A DNA stretch of 58,188 nucleotides, the filler included, from Platydemus manokwari (taxonomy: Eukaryota), in the NCBI GenBank assembly GCA_037951405.1. It is 5 parts of 5 records of this genome, joined end to end, with 100 filler letters (N's around TTAATTAATTAA, not from the genome) between each part and the next. Parts side by side here need not be neighbours in the genome. Positions count along the whole stretch, not along the records: positions 13,818 to 23,894 come from JBBMOY011171767.1; positions 23,995 to 34,686 come from JBBMOY011112776.1; 3 more parts are not named here. The stretch is one strand, 5' to 3'. The position numbers and the translations under genes are program-made. This document shows, piece after piece, positions 13,818 through 26,967 of the stretch; the first letter of the stretch is position 1; each line of letters starts with the position of its first letter. Under the pieces are notes generated by a model. It worked only from the letters and a program-made list of their open reading frames with translations. It searched no databases and was not told where the DNA came from.

Positions 13818-16800
13818 CTCATTAATGTTTTCTATCCCTATTTCATTATTTTTCTCTATTTCAATAACGCTACAACGAATATGGATTCGAGTGAACGTTT
13901 ATTCGAAGAAAGGCATCATAACCAATGTCCTATGTTAATGACTAAAGTTTTCAAAAAATTCACATAGTTAATCATCGAACTAGAATTGGAACTGAAAAAC
14001 ATTTAATTATATAGTAACAATGAATAATTGTTTCAGGACAGTTTTAAGAAACTCGAGACATCTTCAGCACTTATACTCTTGTGTACTTGACAATCCCACT
14101 GCACATTTTATGAATATATAGAGAGAGATATATTTTACAAAAATTAGTTCAATTCACAATTATAATTAGATGTTGTTTGTTGTATTATTAACAAAGAGTT
14201 TTGATCAGAAAATCAATTAATCATCGTTTATCTTGAAGTCAAGTATATAAAGCCTGGTATTTAGTTAAATAATTGCAAGTAACAATTTCGGAAATCACAT
14301 AAATTTTAAAGCTCTGAATGAAGTTGCACCTGTTACCAGCTTACTAGAACATTTATTTTATTGTCCTTGTCGAAGTGCTTATTTTTGATACTTCACTTGA
14401 TTTATGTTAGTATTGTTGTTATGGCCATTATTGTTTAGATTATCATTTAGACATTGGAAACCTAATACAAGTGAAGTATTAGGAATGGGCACTTCAAAAA
14501 TAAATAGAACAGAAAGTGAAAAAATATTCAAAGAAACAAGCCGATTTTATAAAATCTAAAAGAAATAGAAAAAGAAGCAAATCCGAAAGACATAAAAAAT
14601 TCATGAGAAAATAGAAAGTTTTTTAATAAAGTGACAGTTTTTACTCAAATAACCTTGAAAATAGATTAATAAACAACCTAGAGGATCTAAAGCACCTCGT
14701 AGAGAAATTTGTGAAATTGATAAACATTACTAAAGAAGCAATGGAACAGCACCAATACGAAGCAATAAAATTTAAGAAAGCAGAATATAAGACATTATAT
14801 CAAAATAGATGGACCACTGGAGTCGACGTAGATGGGAGCGACTCTGAATGATCATTGGTATTTACTGACAATTATTTAATCCAAAATAATTACTAATAAT
14901 TATCGTTGTTTGTTTCAATTTATTTACATAAATATTATGGGGAACTAACCAGGTCATTTTAACCCAACCAAATTATAAAAATAACAAGATTGAAAATTAT
15001 AAATAGATCATAAAAACAAAATGTGTTTTAATAAATCAAAATTTATACTTGTTTAAGTGCTTCAAAATAATTAATTATCGTTTCGATCTCAAGGTCATAA
15101 AAATTATTCATCAAAACTATTTTAGCAACTACGTCAGTACTAGAATTAGATCACCCTAAGTTGGTTATATAATCAACTAAATTTGTGAGCTGTCACTAAA
15201 TTTAGCACTGGCATTTTAATAATAGTAACAAATGTGGGTAATAAATCTTACATTGCACCCAAAGCACGTTAGACAAGTATAAAAGCAGAAAGCAACAGAC
15301 AGTCAACGCACAATTACGACGTACTTTACACAACTGTATGACAATTCCGACTATCCGAAAATTTTTATTCCCGAATATATTTTATGCATTAGATGAGTAA
15401 ATTTTTTAATTGTTTGATTAAAACTAGACCCACCGCTAGTGTTAGCCTTTTGGATTTTTCAATTATTAGGCGACTCCTATTGAGAGTCTTGCCCAGGCAC
15501 CTAAGCGGTACACCCTTTACTGCGGCTTGATTACACAATTAGGAGGACTTTGTGTAAGCCAGTGAATTCACTAGATTGTGTAGTGCGTTGATTAAATATT
15601 AAGTAAAATATTAAGTAAAACGTTATGGAAAATCTAAAATTATAAATTTCAAATTACGTATCACAATTACGAATATATTGTTATTTTATTATTTTAATAA
15701 TTAAAATATATCACATGGTTGTTTATCATAACATGGTTTCATATTTCATTTCACTAAATAGAAATTTATTTTATTTCTGCTTTATATCGTGTATCTCATT
15801 ATTATAAATTTGTAAAATAACTTTCTCAATTTAATAAAAGATATATAATATTTATTTAATTTAAATTGAAAATCTTTTAAAAATTATTTTAAATTTGTTT
15901 ATATAAATAGTTTTCATTTATAATTAAAAATTTTAAATTTGAAGTACTTATACTCCATTTGGGCAAAATTCTTTGTTTATGTAAAGAATTGAATCACAAG
16001 CGGAGAAATTGAAAGATTTTTAATCATGTAACGAAAGTTGCATTTCAAAATTATCTAACATCTTAAATCGAATTTTGAGTATGAGTCACAAATTTGTTAT
16101 TTGCAATTTTAGTGCTTATATACTCGTAAATAAATTGAGCTTTTATACGGTAATGGAGAAATCTATTTGATAAATAAGCTTAAACAATCATAAATAGACT
16201 TTCAGTAAATAAATAATTTCTTTCTGAATATTATTTAAAATTCGTCTTCAAGTGGTTGTAGAGCTTTGAGGATGCCTCTTCGTCATCAACTGNNNNNNNN
16301 NNTGTAGTACATAGAATTTGTATAATAAGTATAAATTTTTAAAAATAATTAAACTAAGACTAAGTAACAAAATAATTTTAAATAGAAAAAATAAGAAAAT
16401 CTCCAGTATTGAAATTTTCAAGAATTTTGAGATTAAATTATCCAAATTTTATTTGGTTAGATAAGTTAGCTTTAAATTACATCTCATGTGGATATAGTAA
16501 TTGGGATTTAGTAAAATGTTAAACTTGTTAAAGTAAATGTGTAGTTGACAACTAACACAAGTATAGTCGTAAGTGTAACATCATGTAAATATATGATTCT
16601 TTTCTTTTGGAACAATTCGCCAGTACAAAAATATATATTTCTTGACGATATTAATTAAATTATTATTATTTATTTTTGTTTCTGTATTAAAAGTCTCAAA
16701 TTAAAAAGTCTACTAAAATATCTACTAAACTAATTTATATGCATTATAATACCTCATTAGTTTCGATTCGGTTTCTTTTGGATATTTTGATGATATTATT

Positions 16801-17851
16801 TATAGAAATGATTATGGGACCTGATGGAAATTAATTAAAATTTTAAATACTGATATACATTTCTATTTAGATGTATGACACAATTCAAGATTTAGATCAA
16901 ATCCAACCCAAAATTGGGAATTCGTACTTAATTTTAATAATAAGAATTCAATTTCACAAAAAAACGTCAGAAGGCTCATAATTCAGGGAGAAAAACTCAT
17001 CATTCCTGCACCAATTCAATAAGATCTTTTCCTAAATCACTGTAAACTTGGGATCGCCTGTTCCTATAATTTATTGAATCGGTAAACTCGCAAAATTATA
17101 ATATATGCGAATGGTAAATATTATTGTTATTATATTCGTTGAGATTTGCAGGGCTAAATCATTAATTGCAAAACCGCACTTCTTATTGTCCGAAGTAGAA
17201 CGGTTGTTTTTAAACGTGTAATACATATGTAATATATTTTTGGATTTAATTTATATTGTATTTAATTTATGTCAATCGTAGAACTTCTGGAATTTTTACC
17301 ACAAAAATTATTTAATATTATACAATTTTTGTATAGATCGATACACAATCATATTTGCAGAATTTTTTTTTGCAAAGTTTTTTACAGTCCTAAGCCCCAA
17401 AATATTGATTAAATATATTTTTACGGTGTGAATTTCTTAACTTTACAATTAAATAGCATTAGCTAACCTTTGTTAAGTTTAATTGGAATGATTCCTCTAC
17501 CGTTTATTCCCAAATTTTCAAACAATAAAAACTCATGTTTTTAGCTGATGATATGATACGATAAAAATCATTATTCCCGGAAGTATTCGAGTATTTATGT
17601 GTCTCCAACTATTTCAGAATATATAAATATCATCTACCTAATTCTCAAAATGGACTAATTTTTGGAGAGATTCTGAAAAAGTTTAATTTTTATTATTTTT
17701 TATTACATTTTTATTAAAAAGACCTGAAATTCGAAGAAACTTGGAAGAAACTAGTTAGATTGAATTTGATTTGATGGTTTATAACCAATTATAATTCCAA
17801 TAATTATATTTTAATAGGAAAGTATAGACTAATTTTCATTAATTTTACAGT

Positions 17852-18446
17852 ATGAAGACGTTTATAACTTTATTTGTAATTTTATCTTCTAAAATATGCG
17901 CTATAATTGAAAAAAATACAAAAATGGAATTTGTAAAAGCCCAACTTTACTGCCGTGCGAAAGAAAGTGATTTGCCTGTTATGTATGATTTTCAAGATTA
18001 TGTTTCGTTAAAACAACGACTTATTCATCTTGATATGTAAGCATTTCTAAAATACTTATTTTTCGATAACTTAAGAATTTAATTTTATATATGTTCTGAA
18101 ATGTGCAATATTATAGCAATCAGGTTTGGATTAACTTGATAGTTGATTCACCAACAATTTACAAAGGTTATCAACATCCATTTACAATAAATTGGTACCG
18201 AAATTTGTCAAATTATTATCCGAACATAACTTGGAATTGTAACGGAAAGTCTTGCATGACTTACGAAATCAGTGAACAATTCAAAGATATTTCTTGCAAC
18301 GAAAAGATTGATTTTATTTGTATTAAAAGTATGTCAGAATTATTATTTTAAACAAATTGAAAGTCATCTAAATAATTTATCGAATTAATTTGTATTATTC
18401 CACGCCTATTTTAGTGATTTATATAAACTTTTACCACTCTATGTAA
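17852..18446 (+). CDS. Secreted C-type lectin-like domain protein (exons 17852-18036, 18117-18328, tentative 18415-18446)
   Basis: Signal-like MKTFITLFVILSSKICA. 80-nt GTAAGC..ATAG intron joins in frame to give CTLD pattern FVKAQLYC..DLPVM...QVWINL...WYRN..NITW..NGKSCMTY....FKDISCNEKIDFICIK. The 3' end is uncertain. Confidence 0.75.
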
Positions 18447-18639
18447 TGAATGAAAGCAAAACGATTGAATTCAAATAATATGCACTGAATTCTTATTATG
18501 TTGCAAATAGGATATGAAAGAAGTTGTAGAAAGAAACTACAATTTCAGTTTTAAATCTACGGATATGTTTAATAAATGGTAAAATTAGAAAAGCCAAAAT
18601 ACGTTAAATTGCTTATCGATTCATTATACTTATTTAATA

Positions 18640-18930
18640 TGATATTGGAACGAAAGTCTTGTCCGACACAAAATAATATTTATATAACCAATAAAGAAAA
18701 TATGTAAATTGAGAACTATAAACAAAAAATCATAGAATTCGGCCGGTTTTGAAACGAAGTACTTTTTCAAATCATCTTCGGCGGAAAGATATGTTTTATT
18801 CATAAAGCACTGAATTTTTTTGAGATTTACAAACGATTGATGTTTTATTTATATTTCTCATTTTAGATATTTTCTTTATTGGTTGAATAAATATTATTTT
18901 TTATCTGACAAGACTTTCCTTCCAATTCTA
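18640..18930 (-). mobile_element. Mariner-derived MITE with long (~85-90 bp) inverted repeats; same family as 24020-24880
   Basis: Ends ATTGGAACGAAAGTCTTGTC.. / ..GACAAGACTTTCCTTCCAAT; internal minus-strand DDLKKYFVSKPAEFYD matches the transposase C-terminus of the 24 kb copy. Confidence 0.88.
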
Positions 18931-20837
18931 TATTAGTAATTTTATATTAAATAAGAGATCGCAGATATTTTCTTCTACAATTACAATTCAAGAATCGCAT
19001 AAATAAAAGTCTGCATTTCCAAGAATTCTAATTACCCCAAAACCATTTTATTATTTTTAATCAAAAACCCATTACAATTGTCATCACTGTCATCAACCTT
19101 AGACAATTTTAAATAAATACTTTTAATCACCCGGTTTAATGCTGCCAAGAAAATTTCAAAATGTTAAATAAAGTACAAATTATAAAGTACAAATCGAAGA
19201 ATTGACAAAAAATATTTTACTATTGGCAAAGCAAGAGTTTTCTTGATTCCAATATTCAGGTTATCATTGACAAGTTAAGATCCCATATATCGATGACGTT
19301 TAAACAGTTCCTGTTTAATTTTTTAGCCCGAATAATGTAATAAAATCGGATTTAATCAAGCATATCCAAATGAATGTTACTTTCATAACAAGAAAATTTT
19401 ACGGCAATCTGATGAAGAATTAACATCACGATATTCTTTGCGAGAGGTTACATTTTAGCTTTAATATCTCAAAGCAATATAATTTGAAAAATAACTAGTT
19501 TTTCCAGTCACTTTTAAACTACTTATAAAATCTCGAAGCGCATCGGTGTTTAAGTTATCTTAATAAACGTTAACACAAACAATAAATTTGATTTTTACCA
19601 AGCTCCATCGATGTTAATCTCTGATATAGTTGAATCTGTTTTATTGGCATGAATTTTGATATATATATATATTGATGTTATAATCGAAAATCATTTAAGA
19701 ATTGGTTCATTCAAGGTCAAAACTATTTATGAGAAAAGTATAAAATAAATGTTTTTGTTAATAAAACAAAACATATCGATAAATCGTTACAATATTTATA
19801 TATTTAGAATGTTTACGTTAAGAATTCTTTTTCTTATTAATGGTTGCCTATATTTTGATGGTTTGCTAATTTCTATTATAATGATACATTTGTTAGTAAA
19901 AGCCTGACCTAAACTAACCTATTTAACAAGCCATAATTAATCAATGAATTGATAATCGAACTGATATTTTATTTCTATTAATGATTGATTCTAGATATTT
20001 TTGAATTTTATTTTTATTAATTTATATTATTGATTTAAAATGGATTATTTTTTGTTATTTTTATTTTTTATTTTTGTAATGTTTTATTTTTCAATAAATT
20101 TGTAGATTGTTTGTTCTTGTTACAAATTCACTTATAAAGTACAAAAATAATAAGCTCGAAATATGTCATCATACACTTTTTATTTTTACCAGCACGATGA
20201 ACTAAAAATGATCGTTTATCTGGTTACCTTGATACGACCTTTAGTTCCTCTAAATAATTAAGTTTAATTGTCTTTACCTAGTTTTAGAAACATTACCATA
20301 TCTTATTACAAGATACAACAATCATTCTGAACCATTCAATCAATAATATCAGCATGTGATGTGTAATTTCACTTAATATGGTTCCTTGTTCATTCATTAA
20401 AATTTCAAATCACTATTTCAAATATGACAGTGCTATAGCATGTCCAATTTCATGTTCAATTATATAAATAAATTTCAAAAAATTCACCGGTCTATAAAAA
20501 TTTACTTGTAACACTTTTAGAAATCTTCACTTTTCGTGAGACATCTTAAATTGATCACACTTTACATGGATTCATTGTTGAATGAATTTATGAATCTCTT
20601 GTGGTGACAATACAGTCTTCAACAATGCGCGACTAATTCAAGATTATTATCATGCCAGAATAAATTGTGAAAATTATAAATAATATTTAGTACCATTTCA
20701 AATATAGATATTGTGGAAAACGATTGATATTTCCTATATAATTATTCGATATATTAGCAAGTACATTCAATTTTATCGAAACATTTTGAAACAAATTTGT
20801 TTGATTCAAATTTATCTTGTTTGTTTGAAACGATTTA

Positions 20838-20930
20838 TATTATTATATTATTATATTTTTATATTATTATATTATTATATTATTATATTATTATATTATT
20901 ATATTATTATATTATTATACTTATTTTATT
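20838..20930. repeat. (ATT/ATTAT)n low-complexity tandem repeat
   Basis: Directly visible TATTATTATATTAT repeats. Confidence 0.85.
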
Positions 20931-23894
20931 GATTTAATGATTTATAGGTTTTCTTAAACGTATCTGAGTATAAAAAATTAATATAAAAATAAAAGTCAGA
21001 ACTCTTGCTCGATTAAGAGCTGCTAATACGTTGGAAAAAATCAGAATACACTTGTCTTTAGAAATCGACCAGCAAAGACCCGAGATAAAAATCCATAAGA
21101 TTCAGGACTCTATCATTTTATCGAGAACGGGTTAGTTCAGAATATCACTGTCATTTATTATATCATAAATATGAAAAAAAAATTAAAATTATATTTTCAA
21201 TTATTTATTTTCAGATGAAAATTGGCTAAAAAAAATTTTTCATTAATAAAATAAAAAATTCTCCACTCAGATCATCATCATATTATAAATAAATAATTAT
21301 TTATTCTGGAAATCAGGGGAATTTAAGTGACTTTATAATGAGATATCTTCATTAAGAATTCTTGTATTTATTCTAAAAAATTTAGAAATTTTTTATTTAT
21401 TTGTTTTAATTTTTTGATATTGATCTTGTTTCAGAACGTTTATTTTTATTAGAAGATTTTATTAGAAATTTCAAACAAAATAAATTTGAAAATAAATCAC
21501 AGAAAATAACAGATTTGAATATTGAAGTTAATAAATGTACGAAAATTGAATGAAAACATTATTTAAACATCGGTCAGCAGATGTGGCATCTAACATGGGA
21601 TATTGAATGTGTTCGGGTGAAAAAATATAAAATATTGAGGTCAATTATTTGAATAGCTCAGCAACATATCTCGATAAGATTTAACTCGGAAATTAAATTA
21701 AAAATACAAAAACACAACATATTAGTGAAAATCAGTAATTATATATGGAAAATATTATTACATCCAGATATAATGAAGAATTCGTTAGAGAAGTAAAGAT
21801 TATAAAGTGAGGAGCATCTGTAGATTTATAATCCATTAAAGTTTAATTCTAATAAAACAATTGCGTCGGTTCGTTTTCAATCGAAGCTTTATAAAATAGT
21901 GACGGCTTATATAATAATAATAATTATAATTAAAGATATATCTTTTATCATATACTAGCCAAATGGGATGACTCTACTTATTGGCAAAGAAAATCCTTAA
22001 TTTTTTGAGTTTAAATTTAATTTAGTTCTTTCTCAAAGTCCTCCAAAAGCTTTATCTGATGAAGTGATACAAGATTCTTAAATAACTTGTAGTTCAGATA
22101 TTACATTGTTTTGAGTGCCAAATGTTGTTAAAATAGAAAAGATAAACTCTTAAATAGATGATATAAATTATGAAGTTAAGAAAATAAACTTTAAATTTAA
22201 ATTAAAAAAATATTTAAACAATATAAAAAACGAAATGAAAATAACAAATATCATAAAATTAATATAAAACAGAATAAAGCACAACAGGTTTATGATTTTG
22301 ACAGTTATAGAAATGCCCATAAATATTTACGCGCTTACAAATTGGAAATAGAGATTCAGATTAATTTCATACTTTGAAATTGTTCAAGTCACAATCTTCC
22401 ACAAAGTCACATCAGTAACATTTTATGTTTCCCAAACAATTTCCTTTAGCCTGCTTTATCCAACCAATTAAAGATTCTTATTTAAAGATTCTGCCTATAA
22501 ATCGGATTCATATTATATTGTTAACTTGGACTCAACCCAATTAACGATTCCAATATCTTTACAAATATCTACGATATCAAATACCTTCAAGGCGGGAAGC
22601 CTGAACACGAGCTGCTGTGAATATTTTCCATAAGAAACTTTCGCTCTCTCATCGTCACTTTTTCCTATCCGAACTGGAACCATGAATGAATCATAAGCCA
22701 TATTAACATTTCTGGTAATTTGTTTGCCGTTTATTGGTTTTCCAATTATTTATTTATTGTTGTATTATTTGGTATCGATTATCGATATTTATCATTATTA
22801 TTATTGTGATAATATATAATGTAATTTTATATAAAATTATATTTATTTGATTAAATAATTGTATTAAAATAGATTTTGGTGTCGTTAATTTTCAGTTCTT
22901 TTTAATATGTGGTTTTTAAAATAGTAGCGGCTTACATGGCGATCATGTACCAGGATTCGATTGTGAGAAGATCAAAGACTGAAAATTATGGAAAAGAATT
23001 AGAAAGATGTTGAGACTATCCAGAGAATATATAAAGATATAAAATGTTTAAAGAATTAGAGATTTTTATGTGGATAAATATGTGGAGCATTCGATACAGT
23101 GCCGATTAAGAATAAAAAGCAACTCGAATATTTTAAAGAATGAGGAATGTGAGCATTGTAAATTTTAAAAATTTAATTTAATTTAAAATTAGATTTATTT
23201 GTTTAAGTAATTGGTTATTTTCGATTCGCCTTTGATGAAATTGTAGTGGCACACAATTATTGTTAGTAACAATTCATTAGACTGAATATTTATTCATAAT
23301 CAAGTGTAATAAAATTATTTTTAACCCTATTTACACAGCAATTTTTGTAGTCAAATTGCGCAAATTCAGATAACACTTATGAGTATCTAGCACTTATAAA
23401 ACCTAACAATATCAATAATATAAACTTGTTCCCGTTAATATCAACTGTATCCATTAAATAAATGTTATTTATAAATACTCAATATTAGACAATACTTGTT
23501 TCAGTCAGGTCATGTCTCATACCATCAGATATTTATTTATTTGAAGTCTTCAGATCTATTAATCAATCATTATGTGTTGGTGAAGCTATTAATTTTCTTA
23601 TCAAAAATGATTTATTTGCATCGAACTAACTGACATCACCTGACGTCTACAATTAAAAAGTTATTTTTATGTTTAGATATTTTAAATAGATTTTTAAATA
23701 CATTTCTGTCTCAAAGATGCTTAAAAATGGATTTTTTTTCATTACGTGTATCCAATATTTGTGATTTCGAAAACCTAAATAAAATAGAAAAATAAAATAA
23801 AGTTGAAAAAAGAATCCTAAAATGAAATTTTAAATTTTTTGAGTGTATTGCAAAATTCTATATAGTTTATTTAATTATATTCTTTAAAAACATT

Positions 23895-23994
23895 NNNNNN
23901 NNNNNNNNNNNNNNNNNNNNNNNNNNNNNNNNNNNNNNTTAATTAATTAANNNNNNNNNNNNNNNNNNNNNNNNNNNNNNNNNNNNNNNNNNNN
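23895..23994. other. Artificial scaffold linker (100 nt)
   Basis: N-run/TTAATTAATTAA/N-run. Confidence 0.97.
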
Positions 23995-24019
23995 TTAATT
24001 AAGAGCATTTTTATTTATA

Positions 24020-24880
24020 TAGGATTGGAACGAAAGTCTTGTCCGATAGAAAACAATATTTATTTAACCAATAAAGACAATATGTAAATTGGAAATATAA
24101 ACAAAACATCAATCGTCTGTAGATCTAAAAATATTCAATGTTTTATGAAGAAATGTTTTGTTTAAATGCATTATTAAATTCTTTTTTAAATGTTTAATTT
24201 CTATATTATAATTAAATAATTGTTTCCGATAGTTATTGTGTAAAAAATATTATTTTGTGGCATATGATGGAATTTAAGGGAAGCAACTTGAAAAAGCTGG
24301 CTTGTTTTTTGTGGAAAGATGGAATGAATGTGCAAGGAATTGAGAATAAGATTAAGTTCGTGCTTGGCACTAGTACTGTGTATGCAAGAACATAAACGCA
24401 GAAATTTACTGTACTCAGTTGGACAAAGGGGATTCAGTTGTATGGAAACAGTTTTGAAAAATTTTATTTCCTTCACGATAACGCTTGACCACATACGGCG
24501 AATTTAACTCAAAATAAACTTGTTGAGATCGGTTTTACGGTAATACCTCATCCGCCATAATTCCCAGACCTTACCCTTCAGACTATTACTTGTTTTGTCC
24601 TATGAAAAACTCATTTCGTAGGAAAACAAATCACTCCGTTGATGAGGTTAATGTTGATTTGGAAAAGTGCTCCACTTCAAAACCTGCGAGATTATATGAA
24701 AGAGGCATAAAACAACTTCCAGAACGTTGGCAAAAGCGTGTGGACCTTAAAGGTGATTATTTTCGATATTTCAAATTTACAAACGAATGATGTTTTGTTT
24801 ATATTTCTCAATTTACATATTATCTTTATTGGTTAAATCAATATTATTTTCTATCGGACAAGACTTTCGTTCCAATCATA
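24020..24880 (+). mobile_element. Internally deleted mariner transposon with ~90-bp TIRs
   Basis: TIRs TAGGATTGGAACGAAAGTCTTGTCCGATAG.. / ..CTATCGGACAAGACTTTCGTTCCAATCATA, TA flanks. Transposase remnants: N-terminal MMEFKG..WKDGMNVQGIENKIKFVLG (24264), INAEIYCTQLD, FLHDNA*PH, PHPP*FPDLTPSDYYLF, YERGIKQLPERWQKRVDLKGDYF. Confidence 0.95.
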
Positions 24881-26499
24881 TAATGATGATGATGATAATT
24901 AAATAAATTTATAATCTATATTGAAATTATTATTTTTAGTTATATTATTTAATTAATTATTTTTTTGTATATATTAATAAATTTGTTTTAATTGATGTAT
25001 TCATTTATTGTTTTATTATTTACTTCAAATTTTTCAAATTAAAAAATCCAAAATCCAATAGAAAATGATCTTTGAAACGAAACGATCTAAATATTAACCG
25101 TCTCGTTTATTCAGTTTCAATAATTTCATCGGTCTTTTTATTGAATGAAGCCATTACATTGAAACTCAGTCTGAAATCGATAGAAAACAATTTCATTCCT
25201 TAATGCTAATAAAATATCGATTAATTTTTCTTTTCTCGGAATTTATTCAGAACATTATCATAATTGATCTACTTTTTCATTAAGTCAAGGTTTGATATTG
25301 ATTGTGTACCTCTGTTGTGTTTTATGAACGCATGTAATTTTATCACGGTCCTGGATTAAAATGCTCTCAAATCAGAATGGATTTAAATAATAATTTCATA
25401 AATGTACGTTTTATGTAATATTAATAATAATTTCTAACATTTTCAACTCAATTAATAGTTATTCATACTCATGAGTTATAAAACCACTGACGAACCCGTA
25501 GAAATTACATCGTTACAATGCTTTTCAATTAATCCCTTTACGATAAAAAAACCCAAAATAATTATTATTTCAAAATTATTATCAGAAAATATCATTTTTC
25601 CACAACTATATTCGTGTACAATTGAAAATAGAGAAAGTACATTCTGATAAAAAAAATTTAAAGAAGAAATAAATAAATCATTTAAAAATACTCATAAATC
25701 GGTCATTGTTTGATAAGATATCCGAAAATTCTTAAATTCAAGCACGAATGAGAAATCTGATAACAATTATTATAACAATTATCGATAAATAGAGTCGCAA
25801 ATTAAGATAATTTTAAAGGGTTAATGGAAATATTCCATACTTTATTTCATAGTTGATTGTTAAGTCTCTTCATAATTCATTATGATCTATCTGGAATAAA
25901 TATTTTGTAATAAGTTCACTAGCAAAAAATTTAATTAAATGAAATCATTTCTATTTTGTATGCCTTTAATTTTTAAATATTTGGAAAATAATTCTTATAC
26001 AAATCACACAAGATGTTTGATATTTATCACATTCAAAAGGTGGCCGCAAATGATCTCAAATTTTATTGGATCAATTTATCGAAGGTCATTGTGTCCACCT
26101 AAAAAAACAAAATGACATCACATCAAACTACTAAAATCAAAAATGTGTGTAATATTACATCATTTAGATTTCAATAAATTATGTGACCATTTATTTCTCG
26201 ACACACAATATTGAATTAATTAACTTACTAAAGCACCTCATCAAAATAAACTCATTTCGTATGTATTAATAAATTTGGCAGCAATTATTAACTTTGTTCT
26301 TATTATGCCAATAAAATAAGACAATCGTGTTATTTTTAGCAGCAACGGTGAGCGATAAAATAAAATGAAATTATCAAACCACAAAAAAGATTAAATTTAA
26401 TAGAAAATTTTATACACAATGATTATGCAAGAAACCAGCATAATGATATATCCGATTCGATTCTGACAGTAAATATGTAGTAATATGTAGTTAGAAGTG

Positions 26500-26710
26500 A
26501 ATGACTCGGCCTAGCGTGTTCATGTGCAGGCAATGAATCTAGGGCTAACAGCCAATTAGGGATCAGCTGCTATTTGGCCTATCATTGGACATTGATTTCA
26601 TAGTCTCAGGCGTTCTCAGCTTACGTGTGCACCTTTTTAGTGGACACGTTAAATTTGATAGGTGCTTTGTGGTGTTGATTCCTGTTTGGATACTGTATAT
26701 AAGTTGGGTT
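26500..26710 (+). promoter_or_regulatory. Probable proximal promoter of the Sox gene
   Basis: Locally GC-richer block with CCAAT boxes (AGCCAAT ~26550, ATTGG ~26584), E-box CAGCTG (~26564) and TATATAAG (26696-26703) ~55 nt before the ATG. Confidence 0.55.
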
Positions 26711-26757
26711 AATTGTTGCCGTGAGACAAATGCAACACAATCTAATAAATAATTATA

Positions 26758-26967
26758 ATGCTATGTTCAAACTGTTCAAACAATCAAGATTCTATGAAAA
26801 TGTGGATGGTCCATCTTGCTACATGTCATCCTTTGCCTGTTGAATGGTTAAGTGAAAAAGCCAAATTATTGACCGACGATGAAAATCAGCGTCCTTATAC
26901 AGTCGTTACAGATTCCAGAAAAAGACGACGACGACCAACTACACCAAGACCATTGAATACATTTATG
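26758..26967 (+). CDS. Divergent Sox-family HMG-box transcription factor, exon 1
   Basis: ORF ends RKRRRRPTTPRPLNTFM (cf. Sox RPMNAFM) at a GTAATA donor (26968), phase 0. Confidence 0.88.

Noticed and set aside
15191-15343. Possible solo LTR (TGTCA..TATAAAAG..TGACA), loosely similar to 11250-11360 inverted
   Set aside because: No TSD, PBS or PPT found; similarity too patchy to define boundaries.
20711-20932. Y/I/L-rich ORF
   Set aside because: Microsatellite translation.
25487-25520. CTGACGA..GAAA hammerhead-like core (also CTGATGA near 17545)
   Set aside because: No credible stems II/III or cleavage triplet could be formed.
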